Below, in pieces: positions 1 to 14,140 of a DNA stretch of 64,000 bases; position 1 is the stretch's first letter; each line of letters opens with the position of its first letter. Below the pieces are notes generated by a model, which saw only the letters and a list, made by a program, of their open reading frames with translations, was not told where the DNA came from and did no database searches. The stretch lies in contig OX597814.1 in assembly GCA_951406725.2 (NCBI GenBank), forward strand, positions 93,434,001-93,498,000, read 5' to 3'. The position numbers and the translations under genes were made by a program. The DNA comes from Octopus vulgaris. Taxonomy: Eukaryota.

Positions 1-39
1 ACACATGTACACTTATATGTCATTATAAAGATACATAAA

Positions 40-250
40 GGTGGCGAGCTAGCAGAGTCGTTAGCACGCTGGGCAAAATGCTTAGCGACATTTTTTCCGT
101 CCGTAGGATCTGAGTTCAAATTCCACCGAGGTCGGCTTTGCCTTTCATCATTTGGGGGTCGATAAATTAAGTACCAGTGAAACACTGGGGTCGATAGAAT
201 CAACTATTCCCCGCCTCCAAATTTCAGGCGTTGTGCCTCTAGTAGAAAAG
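40..250 (+). mobile_element. tRNA-derived SINE, family A, full length with target-site duplication (TSD)
   Basis: tRNA-like head GGTGGCGAGCTAGCAGAGTCGTTAGCAC, B-box-like GAGTTCAAATTCC, central GCCTTTCATC..GGGGTCGATAAATTAAGTACCAG shared by more than 12 copies in the window. 15-bp direct repeat ATTATAAAGATACAT at 22-36 and 251-265. Confidence 0.9.
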
Positions 251-525
251 ATTATAAAGATACATGTTTATACACAGTTAAATATTTACGAATTGAGCCA
301 ATAAGGGAAACTCTGCATGATAGCTAGAAAAAGCAGTCAAGTTTTCTTCAGCCAGTTATCTAAAAGGATATATAGCAAATTGTTGAGGGTAGACTGGCGC
401 AGGAGAAATCATACGGCGTAGTCACGGTTGTAAAGACATTAGATCAAAGGTCTCTCAGCTCCGTTAGAAGCTGATCTGGGCTAAAATTCAACAGCAAAGT
501 GAGCCCTTTGTTAGCTTTATATCTA

Positions 526-546
526 TCTATATATATAAAACTGAGG

Positions 547-583
<37 letters not shown>

Positions 584-1081
584 CCCGCATAACTTCTGAA
601 GTTCGTAACTGATTTTTTTCAAACTGGGAACATACATTACTAATGTTCTAGAGATGGTTTTAGACTCTTAAAATTTTTCACATAATGAGTAGCGGAGTAC
701 GTGCGACTGCTCGCATGGTCCACTCATTGTTTCTGTTCAAAGTGGAAAAAAACAGCTACTGAAATGATAGATGTAGTTCCTATGTCTGCTGATCGTTCAG
801 TGTGGTAGCGGCATCGCCGACAGTTGCAAAGGAGAATATACCCACTGAGAGCTTTTTGGTACGTTCAAAAATCACATATTCCCCACCCATTTTTCCATGA
901 CAAGGTTAGGGCCTGCAATCTTCCAAACAGACGCGTGACATGTCAGTTAGTCGAATTAGTCCTTCATTTGCTCCACAATTGTTTTGTCGTCAATGCTGCT
1001 CTTACCCGTATCATGTTTCAACTTAACTGTACCATATATACAAACTATGCCAGTTAAATTCCGAGCAACGCCGGCTGCTAG
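526..1081 (+). mobile_element. Non-autonomous Helitron
   Basis: Starts A|TCTATATATATAAAA followed by (TG)n. Ends with GC-rich hairpin-like CCGAGCAACGCCGG then CTAG|T (1078-1081), matching canonical Helitron termini and AT target. Confidence 0.75.
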
Positions 1082-1118
1082 TATATATATATATATGTAT
1101 ATATGTATATATGTATAT

Positions 1119-1568
1119 AGCGGTGTCTGGTTTCTCCTGCTTGTGTGGCATAGTGCAGAGTCCCGTTGCTAGACATAGGGTTTTCCAGCAGCCATCCTCT
1201 TGACCCAGGGCAGCACTATTTCCTCCAGGCACTTGATGTAGGCTTCTGTGTGGAGTCTGAGGCCGTGTGGGAAGATGAATGGAAGCATAACATTGCCATC
1301 GCTAACGATCACTCCAAACATCATGATGTTGACTGGATGTTTGATTTTTATCACCCTCAGTACATGCATTCTCCACAGAGTGACACCCAAACACTGAAAT
1401 ATTGGTATTGAAGTTTCCAGCGCGAATACCAAGCAGTACAGCATGTCGTTTCTAAATTTCTAGCAGAGTGAATTGCGTCATGGTGCTGTTTTTTCACAGA
1501 CGGTGCCCAACTTTCGCATGCGTGAAATTAGAAATATAAAATGACAACAATTTGCTCATCACACCCTG
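1119..1568 (-). mobile_element. Tc1/mariner-superfamily (maT/DD37D-like) transposon fragment
   Basis: Minus strand begins TA|CAGGGTGTGATGAGCAAATTG (terminal-inverted-repeat-like). Translation includes MMFGVIVSDGNVMLPFIFPHGLRLHTEAYIKCLEEIVLPWVKRMAAGKPYV*QQDSALCHTS, a DDE core with a QQDxAxxH motif; internally deleted and with a stop. Confidence 0.8.
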
Positions 1569-1791
1569 TATGTATGTATGTATGTATGTATGTATGTATG
1601 TATGTATGTGTATATGTATGTATGTATGTATGTGTGTGTGTGTGTCCTTCTGTCTGTGATTGTTTACATAATACATACATACATACATACATACATACAC
1701 ATACACACATGTGTACATATATATATGCATGTATATATGTATGTGTGTGCATGTATGTTTGTATGTATGTATGTATGTATGTATGTATGTA
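1569..1791. repeat. (TATG)n/(CATA)n compound microsatellite
   Basis: Directly visible tetranucleotide arrays in both orientations. Confidence 0.95.
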
Positions 1792-2190
1792 TAAAGACAG
1801 GTTGCTCATAAGTGAAAATCCTTTGATCATAGGTATACTTTATTAGTGGTGGCCTGGGGGCTAAACGACAACAGCAACTGCTTATATATCTAAATCATAC
1901 ATGAATCAGTATTGTCAAATGACAACAGATGCATCATCATTGATCTGATCAAAGTAATTCTAGTTGTGGCCATCACTCCATTTTAGGAGTATGCTTAGAA
2001 CGCTATTTTCTTTGCCAAAGAGCACTTAGCATCATTAGACATCCCGGGTAGGAATATCTAATCTGAACAAAGGAAAGAGCTACGAATATGATTTTATGCA
2101 AAATAGCTTAATTTCTATGTTTAAATTCACGTGATATGGAAAGAATAACATTTTTTAGTCTTTCTCAACACCCATGTCTTTAAGTGTATA

Positions 2191-2469
2191 GGCGCGTGGT
2201 ATAGTGTTTAGAGTATTCGGCTCAAGATCGTGAGTTCGATTCCCGGCGATGCGATGTGTCCTTAAGCAAGGTATTATATTTTATGTTGACCCAGTCCGCT
2301 CAATTTGCAAAAATGAGCTATATTGCAAAAGGCCGAGTCTCCCTGAGAATTATGTTACGGGTGCGAGTCTCCGTGGAATACTCAACCACTTGCACGTTAA
2401 TTTCACGAACAAGCTGTTCCATTGATCTGATTGACTGGAACGCTCATCGCCGTAACCGACGGACTGCCA
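2191..2469 (+). mobile_element. tRNA-derived SINE, family C
   Basis: A-box-like GTGGTATAGTG, B-box GAGTTCGATTCCC, CORE-like GTGTCCTTAAGCAAG. The 3' part matches the reverse complement of 62605-62758. Confidence 0.75.
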
Positions 2470-2625
2470 GTTATGGCTCCATTCGTTAGATAGATGTATA
2501 CGTACTTTGATTTCTAATTCTTATGGTAACAGTTTATCTTTTATTCTACATCTCATAGCTATCGTCGTGCGTTCGAATTCCCTTCGTTCGCTGTTCCTGT
2601 TATGATCGTAATTTCTGTATTAATT

Positions 2626-2812
2626 CACGCCGAGCAGAATACTTAGCAGCATTTCAGCCGTCTTTATGTTCCAAGTTCAAATTCATCTGAGGTCGACTTT
2701 GTCTTTCATCCCTTTCGGAATCGATAAAATAAGTACTAGTTGAGTACTGGGGTCAATGTAATCGACTTACCTATTGCCCCGAAATTGCTGGCCTTGTGCC
2801 AAAATTTGAACC
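2626..2812 (+). mobile_element. SINE family A, 5'-truncated, with TSD
   Basis: Same body as 40-250. 14-bp direct repeat TAATTTCTGTATTA at 2609-2622 and 2813-2826. Confidence 0.88.
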
Positions 2813-3285
2813 TAATTTCTGTATTAGGGTAATTTGCTTAGTTTGGTGGTCGCTTACGTACCGTTAAAGAAATTCGCTTTGTTCGCTCAATGATAGAATA
2901 TTGTAATTTCAAATTAATGCTGATATAAAGAAATGAACACAATTTAAGTTCTATAGGATTGTTAAGAGAAAAAAAGAAAAAGAAAAAAACTCTACGGATT
3001 ATGTTTTGATGGAGTGAAAATGATTTCTAATAAATTTATCAATTTTTAACCTTGGGATTTGTTCGAAAGAATTAAGAAAATAAAATTGTACTTTTCTAAG
3101 AAGCACAAGCTGATTGTAATGGAGCGGAATGTTGAGAAACATTGCTCCAGAACTACATAATCAAATGTATATTTTCTATAAATTTATATAGTAATGTGTA
3201 ATTTGAGGAAGATTTAGCTGCTATTCCTTGCTTGATGAACAATCATGCAGGGACGTTTGACAAGTAATGTTATCCATTTTCTTAT

Positions 3286-3333
<48 letters not shown>

Positions 3334-3476
3334 ATATGTATGTATATATATTACTATAAGAAAACGGAGAGAAAATATTGTGGATACGTATTGTATCACA
3401 ATATGACCATAGCAAATAGTTTAATACAAATAAAATTTAAATGAACATACATTAACATAAAATAAGCATAAGAAGT

Positions 3477-3526
3477 ACCTACATATGTTTCAATCAGGTC
3501 ACTATGTAAACAGTGATTCGGAGGGT
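3477..3526 (-). ncRNA. Degenerate type I hammerhead-like motif
   Basis: Minus strand ACC CTCCGA ATCA..TGAT T GAAAC ATAT GTA GGT. Stems I, II and III and GAAA..GUA are present, but the CUGANGA box has decayed to CTCCGA. The downstream AT-rich tail runs into (TA)n at about 3350. Confidence 0.35.
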
Positions 3527-3825
3527 TCGAACCATGTTAAAAGTTTTTGATGTAAAAAAATAACAGCAAGGTGACCAGATCTCTTCCGGGTAGTCTCGTT
3601 TGAAAGCCTAATGGTTACATATTTTTCACGGAATTCAAGTTGTATTCCCGTGAATATATATATATGTATATATATTAGACTGTTTATCCACATATATTGA
3701 GAGAATTCTCCCAATATATCACTGATAACACCTGATCTCTGGATTTTATAATTTGCGTACTTAACTCATTTGTTTTCGTATTTCATGTTGTTCACTGTTG
3801 GTGACGTCCTGCACCCATATGTATG

Positions 3826-3880
<55 letters not shown>

Positions 3881-3889
3881 TACAAGTAA

Positions 3890-4055
3890 AGCAAGGGACT
3901 GTCACAATCATTTGAGTGTTGGACAAAATGTGTTGCGCTTTCAGCTATTAAAATCTCGCCACGGTAACTTTGCCTTTCATTCCTCTGGGGACGATAAAAT
4001 AAAGTACCAACATTCACCCTCACAACGATTGCCCTTGTGCCTAAATTAGAAGCAG
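3890..4055 (+). mobile_element. SINE family A, degraded
   Basis: ACTTTGCCTTTCATTCCTCTGGGGACGATAAAATAAAGTACCA and tail CCTTGTGCCTAAATTAGAA. Confidence 0.65.
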
Positions 4056-5686
4056 TCATTTACCTCCTTGTGAACTTTTATCAATTAGACAGGTGCTCAA
4101 ATGTTTTTAGGCAGTAACTACTTCGTTTTATTATCTTTTCAGGTACAGTGTAGTGATGACTACATAATCCAATAAATACCTTCCGTTTATTTTTCTAGAG
4201 TGTTGAGATTCGAGCATGATTTACCTGCTGCGTCTAACAGGCCGAATGACTGCGTAGAGACACATTCGTTGGCTGATTAAATGAATGACATGTTTCATGA
4301 AACTGCGTGTCATCGTTGCGCAATCTGTTGTTGCTGCTGTTGCTTAACTGTAGGTCAGATAACTTATCCCACTGACGAACTACTATCAATAGCCGCCCCA
4401 ACCGTGACCGTCCCATATGTTTTTTCAGAAACTGTATATCTAGCATAAATAATCAGTGCGTCCTTCCTTTCGTTTTTTCAAGACAGTAGAGTGTGATTTG
4501 AGGAAGAGCTTAGTGTTGTTTGTAGCAGGTTGTTGGTTCACTTTTCACTGTTATAATATTATATTGTTGAATGCATGAGTCACGTTTGAAATTGAACTTT
4601 TGGTTGTTCTACCTATTTCAGCACCGACTAAGGACGTGGGTACGAAGAAATACAGTAATGTTTTTTTTTTTTTATTTTTTGCTTTATTTTGCGTTGTCTT
4701 CTGTGGCTCACAGAAAGATTCGAACTTCGATCTATGAGCCCAAGAATCAATCTTGAAATTATGCAGAACTCTCACTTCAAGAAACGGTTATAATGTCGTT
4801 GTTCTTGTTTAGCCTCGGCTCTGGTGTGACAGATTAGATACATATATCCATGATTAAACTTTTCGGTTCTTTTCCTACCTATTTTTAAGACTATAGAATT
4901 TGATTTAAAAAAAAAATTAGTTGCTATTTCTAGCATGTTGAAATGCCTGCGTAGCGGAGGCTCCCCCCCTTAGTTCGATGGTAGTAAGATGTGTATAGGT
5001 ATGCTATCTATTTACAGCTAATTGATACGAGCTATCAATAAACTAGTGTCTTTGCCGTGTATATACAGCGTAGTATCATCGGAGACAAGATACCCACCCT
5101 GTGTAGCATTCTCAATTTACAAGTTTGCAGTCACATGCTGCTTCATGTTATCTCCTCACCCAGCTTTTACTCAAAGGTGCAACATCTTTCTTCGCGTAGG
5201 TGACTGAAATAATCGAAATTATAAAAATCGATATATTTCGCACTTCTCATAGACAGTTACTGCAGGAAGATGAAAGAAATTCAAGCAAGAATCGACAACG
5301 AATAAGCTGATATTTTCCAGAGAAATTCTTATTGTCACCTCAAACAACCCAGGAAGATGTGACAGTGATTTTCTTTCTTTCATTTTTTTTTTTTTTGGTT
5401 CTTTCCAGGAGATTAGACAGAAAAGTTTAACAGGCGTCAGTGAAAAAGCAGAGAATACTTGAGATATAATGAAAAACGATATTTAAAAAAACAAAGCCCT
5501 AGTCTTAAAATATAATAAAAATCAGTTGCTTTTTTCCCTAAGATTCTCACTAGCTAGACTGTTCTTGCGCTTTTATAAAACTATTGTTATGCAATAATGA
5601 TTAGAATTTATTTAGCTAGCAGCTAGCTACTTTAACAAGTCACCAACCTACTTGATTAGTTAGCTGCTAGCTAACTAGCTAGCTGG

Positions 5687-6010
<324 letters not shown>

Positions 6011-6084
6011 CCTTACACCCATTCTTATGTATTATTCTCCCACTCTGTCTGCCCACATCTTTTGCTGTTTGTTTGTCTGTAGTC

Positions 6085-6607
6085 TCACACATACATACAC
6101 ATACGCACACACAAACACACGCTTACATACACACGCCCACACACACACTCACGTACATATATACATATGCACACATACACATGTTCACATGCACACGCTC
6201 ACACTCATACATACACATACACACGCCCACGCGCCCACACGCCCACACTCCTGTACGTACACACGCAAAAATGCATATGCAGATATGTATGTGCATATTT
6301 AAAGATATATGTTTGTATGTGTGTATATCCATGCGTATTCGAGTGTATGTGTGCATGTGTCTGTGTATATACCTATATGTATAAATAGTTGCACATAAAA
6401 TTATGAGTGTATGAGTGTATGTATGATTATATATAAATATATATATATACATACGTATATATATATATATATATACATACATACATACATACATATATAT
6501 ATATAGTTATACATAAAATTTTATAGTGTTATATGTGTGTGTATGTATGTGAGTGTTAGTGCGTGTGTGTCTCTATGTATGTGTATATGTGAGATTGTGT
6601 GTATATA

Positions 6608-6663
<56 letters not shown>

Positions 6664-7400
6664 TATATATATATACATACACATATATATATTGTTATGC
6701 TTAGAATTATATATAGATATAGTATCATATGTGTGTGTATGCACATGTGTGTTAGTACGCTTGTGTGTCAGTGCGCGTGGGTGTGCGTGTGAATGTGTGT
6801 GTGTGTCAATGTGTGTGTGTGTGTGTGAATGTGTGAACGTGTGTGTGTGTGCTCGTGATTGTGTTTGTATGAGTGCGTATGTGCGCGTGTAGTTTTACAG
6901 ACCGGTGAGGAAAGAAGCAGAGACGGACTAACGCCGAAATGAAAGAATACAAATGTGACTCGCATATTGAATATGCTTTCACGAGTAACAGATCGATACA
7001 TCGGTATATGTTGATATACACATGGCCTTACACGTGCCGTAGAAGTGGTACGATATGATAATGTTGTAAGAGACAAAGGCACATGCGAACGTTCGATGAG
7101 TAGGCTTTATCAACACGATTCGAAATAAATTACTTCGTGCATACAAACACACACATACACACACGCATATACACGTGTATGTTCACACACACACATACAC
7201 ATGCACACAAAGACGCACACGGACGCTCACACACGGACGCACGAACGCACGAACGCACACGGACGCACGCACACGGACGAACGCACACGGACGCACTCAC
7301 ATGGACGCATGCAAACGGATGCATGCACGCACACACATATCTATCGTACTATACACATACACATGCATATTTATCATTATACACACACACACACACATAT

Positions 7401-7439
<39 letters not shown>

Positions 7440-7560
7440 TATGTTTGTGTGTCGTAACTTTATATGTGTGGTATATATGTATATACATATGCGTATCCTA
7501 TACACACACGTGTATACACACGCGCGCACACACATACACATCCCCGTGCGCACATATATG
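6085..7560. repeat. Mixed (CA)/(TA)/(TG) low-complexity region, including CACGGACG/CACGAACG-type repeats at about 7215-7320
   Basis: Directly visible; interrupted by a unique segment at about 6890-7135. Confidence 0.85.
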
Positions 7561-7731
7561 TACGAACAAACCTGAGCATAATTGTACAGTAGCTGTCGGA
7601 GTGTTGAGCTGCAGCACGAGACTGCAGTGTATGGGAAGGTGTGGTCGGCGTTGAGGTTCCCGTCCCTGAAATATGAGAATGGGCTTATTTATTCTTTCAT
7701 TTATATTTCTTAAATAAATAATTATACAAAA

Positions 7732-7784
<53 letters not shown>

Positions 7785-7786
7785 TG

Positions 7787-7820
<34 letters not shown>

Positions 7821-7874
7821 GTTTTCTCTTGCTGGGGATAGGGTAGGACATAAACCCTTTCAGAAACTAAATGA

Positions 7875-8800
7875 GGAGCTGACATACATTAAATTGACTT
7901 CAGCCAGAATTTTCAGGGATCTTGTTAAAAAGGTTTAGCAGAAGAATCCCGAACTTATCTTCGAATACAGGAATCTTCCGCGCCGCGACACCATATTGTA
8001 ACGAGTCTTTGACCGCGAATGGTTTCAGAGATAGGATTATTTACATGCCCAACTCGAACCCCATCAAGAGAAAGCGCCATTGTAGCTATATGATTTACAG
8101 CCCTGTTTTTCCTCAACATAAAGAACTCGTGTTAGGAGGATTTTCTTTAGTTTAGTTTATAAGGATTTCGTCTAAACATACAGATGCAGGGAAATCTTTA
8201 ATAGCAAGCAGGCCCACTTCTAGAACCGAGGAAGGCTGCTCATACAGTGATAACACCACATGCTTCATAAACGGTCAATGCAATACAGAAACTGTTGTGT
8301 ATGAAGCGGAGGTGGTTGAAGGGTCCCAGTAGAGTGTTGAAAGTACGGCAATATGCGGGCGCAACAGGCTGCCCCTTCAGGACCACAAATCCTTATTTAA
8401 TATCTAAGCGAAGTGCTATGTCATAAATCATGTTTGTTTCATCAGCCATACTCTTACCTCAGCCCATATCTACTCCACACCACCATTACCTCAGCCTTAA
8501 TCCCACCCTACAAGCAAATATCTTGTTTACCGGGACTCCCTTTTCCTTTTTTGGTCTTAATTCAAGAGATATATCTATAATGAACTACATACTTTTCTCC
8601 TTGTGTTTAACCTGGGTGATTTCTTCCAAATATTTCGCTCCGTTGTATTTTTGCAACAGCCATACGCCCCACAAGTCGATTGTAACACTTTTAGGCTTTC
8701 AGTGACAAATACTCTATGCTGTACTATTACTATTTCAGCTATTTCTAATGATTGCCAGAGCTGGTTCTAAACATTTGGTATGAATGTAATTGGAAATTTG
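7875..8800 (+). mobile_element. Penelope-like element 3' fragment (Naiad-like), decayed
   Basis: Frameshifted translation: SRRIPNLSSNTGIFRAATPYCNESLTANGF..IKRKRH / PCFSST*RTRVRRIFFSLVYKDF / CSYSDNTTCFINGQCNTETVVYEAEV / QYAGATGCPFR. This matches the RT thumb, the NPP(F/Y)S linker, the Cys-rich motif and the GIY-YIG signature (VVY..YxGxT) of PLEs. Weak HHR remnant CTAATGA..GCCAG/CTGGT..TAAAC at 8745-8780. Confidence 0.65.
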
Positions 8801-9540
8801 GTTATTATGAGACTAATATTTTACTTTATTAATGATGATAATATACGCAGTTTATTAACTAATATAAGAGTGCCTGTTTTTCCACATTGATATTACCTGT
8901 AAATATATGTGTGTCTATATATATAACTATTGATCCGTGTCGTTAAAATGGGAACCGTTTTATTAATTATTTTGAAAACCCATCTTTTCAGACCAATGTA
9001 CCCATTGATAAATATCTTACTTAAATGTTTGGCACTTTGTATTTAATATATAAAAATATTACCATTACATAGAAAATCTGATAGAGTGAGCCGCCCACGG
9101 ATAAACGATACGTCACAGCGAAACATAAACACATAATCAGTTTTTCTCGCTCATTGAAATGTTTAATGACAGTTATAAAAATTGAATTAAAGCGTTTAAT
9201 TCAACATTTACAAAAGTATTGCTGTTTTTCATTAACAAAATATTTAAAGCTATACACATAATTATTCTTATTCTATTATCGAAATATTCATAGAAAAATT
9301 ACAAGTTCAATGATTTCCTTTTTTCATTCTATAGGTATTTACCAGTATATTATGATTAGCCACTCTCTTCCATCCACTCTCATTCTTTCTATGTTTACCC
9401 CACACATCGAGAACTGTGATGCGGTCCTCATTCGCCAATCATTTTTTTGTTTTACTTACTGCTCTTCCCTTATTCTCGATTTCGTCCTTAATAGATTGCT
9501 TAGTCCATACACTCTCGACGCCTCATAAATACACATTTCT

Positions 9541-9595
9541 AATAATAATAAGAATGATAACAATAATAATGATAATAATAAAAATAATGATGATG

Positions 9596-9647
<52 letters not shown>

Positions 9648-9661
9648 TAATAATAATAATA
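9541..9661. repeat. (AAT)n microsatellite
   Basis: Directly visible; abuts the 3' end of the Tx1-like LINE. Confidence 0.95.
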
Positions 9662-10785
9662 ACCAGAGCGAAGGATGAAGAGTACAATACAAAAACAGAC
9701 ATGAAGTGTTGAGGGTTTACATACAACAGAATGATTAAAAAAATGTATACAGGGTATACATTAAAAGAAGGGAGGAATACATAGTGTGCAACATTAATAA
9801 TACTAAAAAGGAATGATAATGGGTGTCATCCTAATATAGGAGGACTTCTAGGGATGATCGAGGAACCCCACCGTCCAAAATGACCCTGAATACCAAGGAC
9901 AAGTGCCCTTTCCAACTTCTTTCCCCCAACTCACAGGTCTACACATAGTGGTGTCATTCACTTTTGCAATTTTCGTATCTTTCACTCACCTTCTGAGAAA
10001 TTCACTCGAGAACAGCACCTCCCTTCTCACCCTCAGTTTCCTTTTCAAATGAAACTTGAAAATGTCGATGAGGTCTTTACCGAGGAGGAATGTGTCTGTT
10101 CTCAATCCTTTCAACCTTGTCCACCAGACAATCTCTCTCGCCACCGCCACCAGGCAAAGAAAAAAAGCTTTGCCTGCCCAATTAAAGGAAGGCGGCGAGG
10201 CAATCATCACTATGGACTCAGACGGATCCCTTCCGCACGTGACAGCAGCTTTTCGACATAACTTCACAAGTCAGCAATTCCCGGAGACTGAACGAGTGCA
10301 TGCAGAATGGTTTCATCTCTCTGCGCGCACCTCGGACAAGCCCGTCTGACAATACATCTGTGCTTGTAAAGTTTATCTCGAACAAGTAACGTCCCACCAC
10401 CGGTAGCACTGTCAAGGCAAAGACATTATCCATAATAATCCCCAACCGAAAAGTCTTCCGGAAGAGAATAGCCAGTTCGTCTTCTTCGACACCCGGTTTC
10501 CCCTAGGACGGCGCCGCTAATCTTCTATATATAGCTAAAGTGGAACATTCACAGATCCTATTGCTCGACTGGTAGAGGACAGTGAGCGCTTGATGACATC
10601 CTAGGTACCAGGCGCCCACTCTTGGTCTATCCTTCACCCAAGATTGCAGTTCGTCAAAGAGACGAGTTGCGGAAAGACGTGCCTCACAAACGGAGCCCCC
10701 ACACGTTCCCCTTCCGGAAATCTTTGCAGGTGACGCAACCTGAGCATATGTCTGCGCATCAAAGGCCACTGCATAGCGAAATCCA
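9662..10785 (-). mobile_element. L1/Tx1-like non-LTR retrotransposon, 3' fragment of ORF2 plus 3' UTR
   Basis: Minus-strand frameshifted peptides AMQWPLMRRHMLRLRHLQRF, RACPRCAQRDETILHALVQ (zf-RVT-like CxxC..ET..H) and VAVAREIVWWTR..FKFHLKRKLRVRREVL..FLRR*, typical of the L1/Tx1 ORF2 C-terminus. Confidence 0.75.
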
Positions 10786-10794
10786 ACTGGAAAA

Positions 10795-10962
10795 GGCCTT
10801 ACTCATCAGTGGCTGTCATGTTCTAGTCTCAAACCAGAAACTGAGGGATATATGCTCAAGACCAGTAGCTTTTAACTAGGAGTTACCAAGGTAATGTCAG
10901 GAAATATGAAAGAAGCCCATCATGCCGCATATGCGGAGAACACCCAGAAACAATCGACCACC
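10795..10962 (+). mobile_element. R4/Dong-like (RLE-type) LINE fragment, zinc-knuckle region
   Basis: THQWLSCSSLKPETEGY / AQDQ*LLTRSYQ..SCRICGEHPETIDH: the WL..L..ETEG..AQDQ motif and the start of the CCHC knuckle. Confidence 0.8.
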
Positions 10963-10964
10963 AA

Positions 10965-11441
<477 letters not shown>

Positions 11442-12527
11442 CACTGATATCACTGATGTTATTTTTGTGTGTAGTAGCAGTAGTGGTTACAGCAACAGCA
11501 ACAGTAGCAGGGGTGGGGTAGTGGGTAAGGGTGGTAGTTGGGCCTCAGATTCCTGTGTTATCATAATAGTAGTAGTTGTAGTATTATTGTAGTGTTAGTA
11601 GTATTTAGTATTAGCAGCTGCAGTATATTACCATTATTTTTATTTTTATCATTATCACCATCACCACCACTACCGTTGTTTGAGGAAATAGTTGGGTAGC
11701 AGTTTGGTGAATAGATCATATTCTACAGGTCTATAAATAGATTTGGCAGATGGTGGGAAGGTCAGCCATAGAGACAAAGGAATCCTCGTACCCTTTGGGT
11801 CAGCAGAGGTCACATGCGTTTACTACTACCAGTGGCCACTGAGAGCGATGCCTTGAAAAGAAACAATTCAGCCTGTTCTATTTGTAATTACTGGTAGAAA
11901 CAACAACAACAACAACAATAATAATAATAATGATACACACGCACACACATACACACACATATATACTGATATTCATGTCGTTGAATTTTTGAATTTCTAA
12001 ATTCAATTGTGCGGTTGCAATAAAAGTTGTGTTTACGTATTTGGATAATATATTAAAGCTTTTAAGTTTCCTTGAGATGTTCGTATGTCTGTCCAGTTGG
12101 AGAATACAGTAGGACTTTTGCAATGAAAAGGATGTTTACATTTTCGAATACTCAGGGAAAGTCAAAAAGAAAAGAAAACAAGTTGTAGATAGTAAAGTTT
12201 TAAGATTTACTAAATATGGTCTTTTGTATGACCGCACAGAGAGAAATGGTAGTATTCTTAGAATAAAAAGGATGATGATGTTTACATTTTCGAATATTCA
12301 GGGAGAGAGTAAAAGATAAGTATTCGCGCAGTAGTTGTAGATATTAAACGTTTTTTTTTAAGCTGATCGTTTGTGTTCGAAAGCTGTAAGTTTCCTAACT
12401 TATTTTATTTTGAGGGAGATTTAAAATATTCACAGGAAATTGTAGATATTCCAGTCTTTGGGAACAGTAGGAGGAAGAGATGTTCACCTTGTTGGATTTT
12501 TGAATTTCTGAATTTCATTTTTCAATT

Positions 12528-12561
<34 letters not shown>

Positions 12562-13318
12562 TGTGAGTGCGTGTGTGTGCGCGCGCGCATTTCGAAGTTG
12601 TACTTGTTTGGCAAGCAACCTCACGTAAGAGCGAGGGTTCAAACTGAATCAATTTACAAACCGGAAGAATTATTTGAGTCATTTCAGAAAACACAAAACC
12701 TGTAATATTCACATACGTTTACTTTAATAAAATACAGCCTATTACAAAATGCCAAAAACTTTCGTCTCACCTCTGCGCCCTCGTCACTAAAACAGTTCCA
12801 CGACATCATGTTTGATTTTTGCGCTTTTCTTTCTCGTGTTCCCGCCTTTTCTTCTATATTGTCTTTTGCTTGATTCTTTCTTTTCTTAGTCATATTCCAC
12901 TTCAAGCTTGTCAATTTAACGTAAAAACTAATTCCTTTATGCTTTGTTCAGATGCTCTTGTGTGCGTGAATGGATGTATTTCTTTTACTGGTGCACTTCA
13001 TAATTGTGGGTATTTTGTATATAGTTAATTTTGTTTTCATTTTTCGATTCAGTTTTTATTTCCCGTCTCAATCTATATGACATTTATATAGATTATTATC
13101 ATTATTTTTATGTATAATAGTTATTAATAGTTTGTTTTATTAATGTTATGTTTGTTTCTTATTTTTCTTATAGGCATATTTTAAACATTGGAAGACATCG
13201 TTCGATATGTATTTATAAATTGTGTCAAAGTACGTTTGGAATATCTGTCAATATTTATAAGTCGATTAGCATTCAATTCATATTAAGTTAGTATATCTAA
13301 CTGTTGTATGTATGTATG

Positions 13319-13349
<31 letters not shown>

Positions 13350-13354
<5 letters not shown>

Positions 13355-13542
13355 TCCCGGGTTGATTCGGGGTTAACCACAGTAAGTAAGGTACTCAATA
13401 CATAGCAGAGTAAAATTAATTTATTATATAGAAGGAGCTTCTACAGGACTAGTACTGTTTCATTCAAGAGAAATCTTCAGGGCTTCCTGAAGATTTCTCT
13501 TGAATGAAACAGTACTAGTCCTGTAGAAGCTCCTTCTATATA

Positions 13543-13548
<6 letters not shown>
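13350..13548. mobile_element. Fold-back PLE-derived unit in (TA)n with a perfect 63-bp inverted repeat
   Basis: Arms 13419-13481 and 13486-13548 are exact reverse complements around the loop GCTT. (TA)n lies on both sides and the unit contains an HHR motif. Confidence 0.8.
13481..13532 (+). ncRNA. Type I hammerhead ribozyme motif
   Basis: GGCTTC CTGAAGA TTTC-TCTT-GAAT GAAA CAG-TACTAGTC-CTG TA GAAGCT. Stem I GCTTC/GAAGC, intact CUGANGA and GAAA, GUA triplet (predicted cut after 13525), palindromic ACTAGT in loop III. Position 10.1/11.1 is a U-U mismatch. Confidence 0.7.
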
Positions 13549-13592
<44 letters not shown>

Positions 13593-13641
13593 ATATCTTT
13601 TGATAGAATTAAGTAATACACACATAAACACATACACATAT

Positions 13642-13672
<31 letters not shown>

Positions 13673-13695
13673 CATGCATACATATGTGTATGTGC

Positions 13696-13736
<41 letters not shown>

Positions 13737-14140
13737 CATACATACATATATATATGAGTGTGCGTCTATGTGTATGCCTGTATTTATGTATAATTATACA
13801 CACAAAATAATATGCATATACATACATACATTCGTACGTACATACATACATACATGCGTGCATGCATATACACGTACATGTATATGTTCTATATACGCTT
13901 TCCAATAAATTATTGAACCTTTCATTTACATTCCTGTATCACTTATGCAACTTCCCAGGTTTATGTACCTTCATTTTGCATGTTTATACAGTATATTTTG
14001 CATCTTAATTGCCAACTGATGTGTTCGTTTTTGAAACATATCTTGCAATATTTTACAGCAATGCCTGTGCAAAACTTAGATTTTAAAGATCATCAATTGG
14101 AAGGTTCTATTTATGTTTGTTTTAAAATGGCTTTGATACT

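Noticed and set aside
5365-5460. Polypyrimidine tract plus CAG resembling a splice acceptor
   Set aside because: No clear open exon or donor follows; such tracts are common here.
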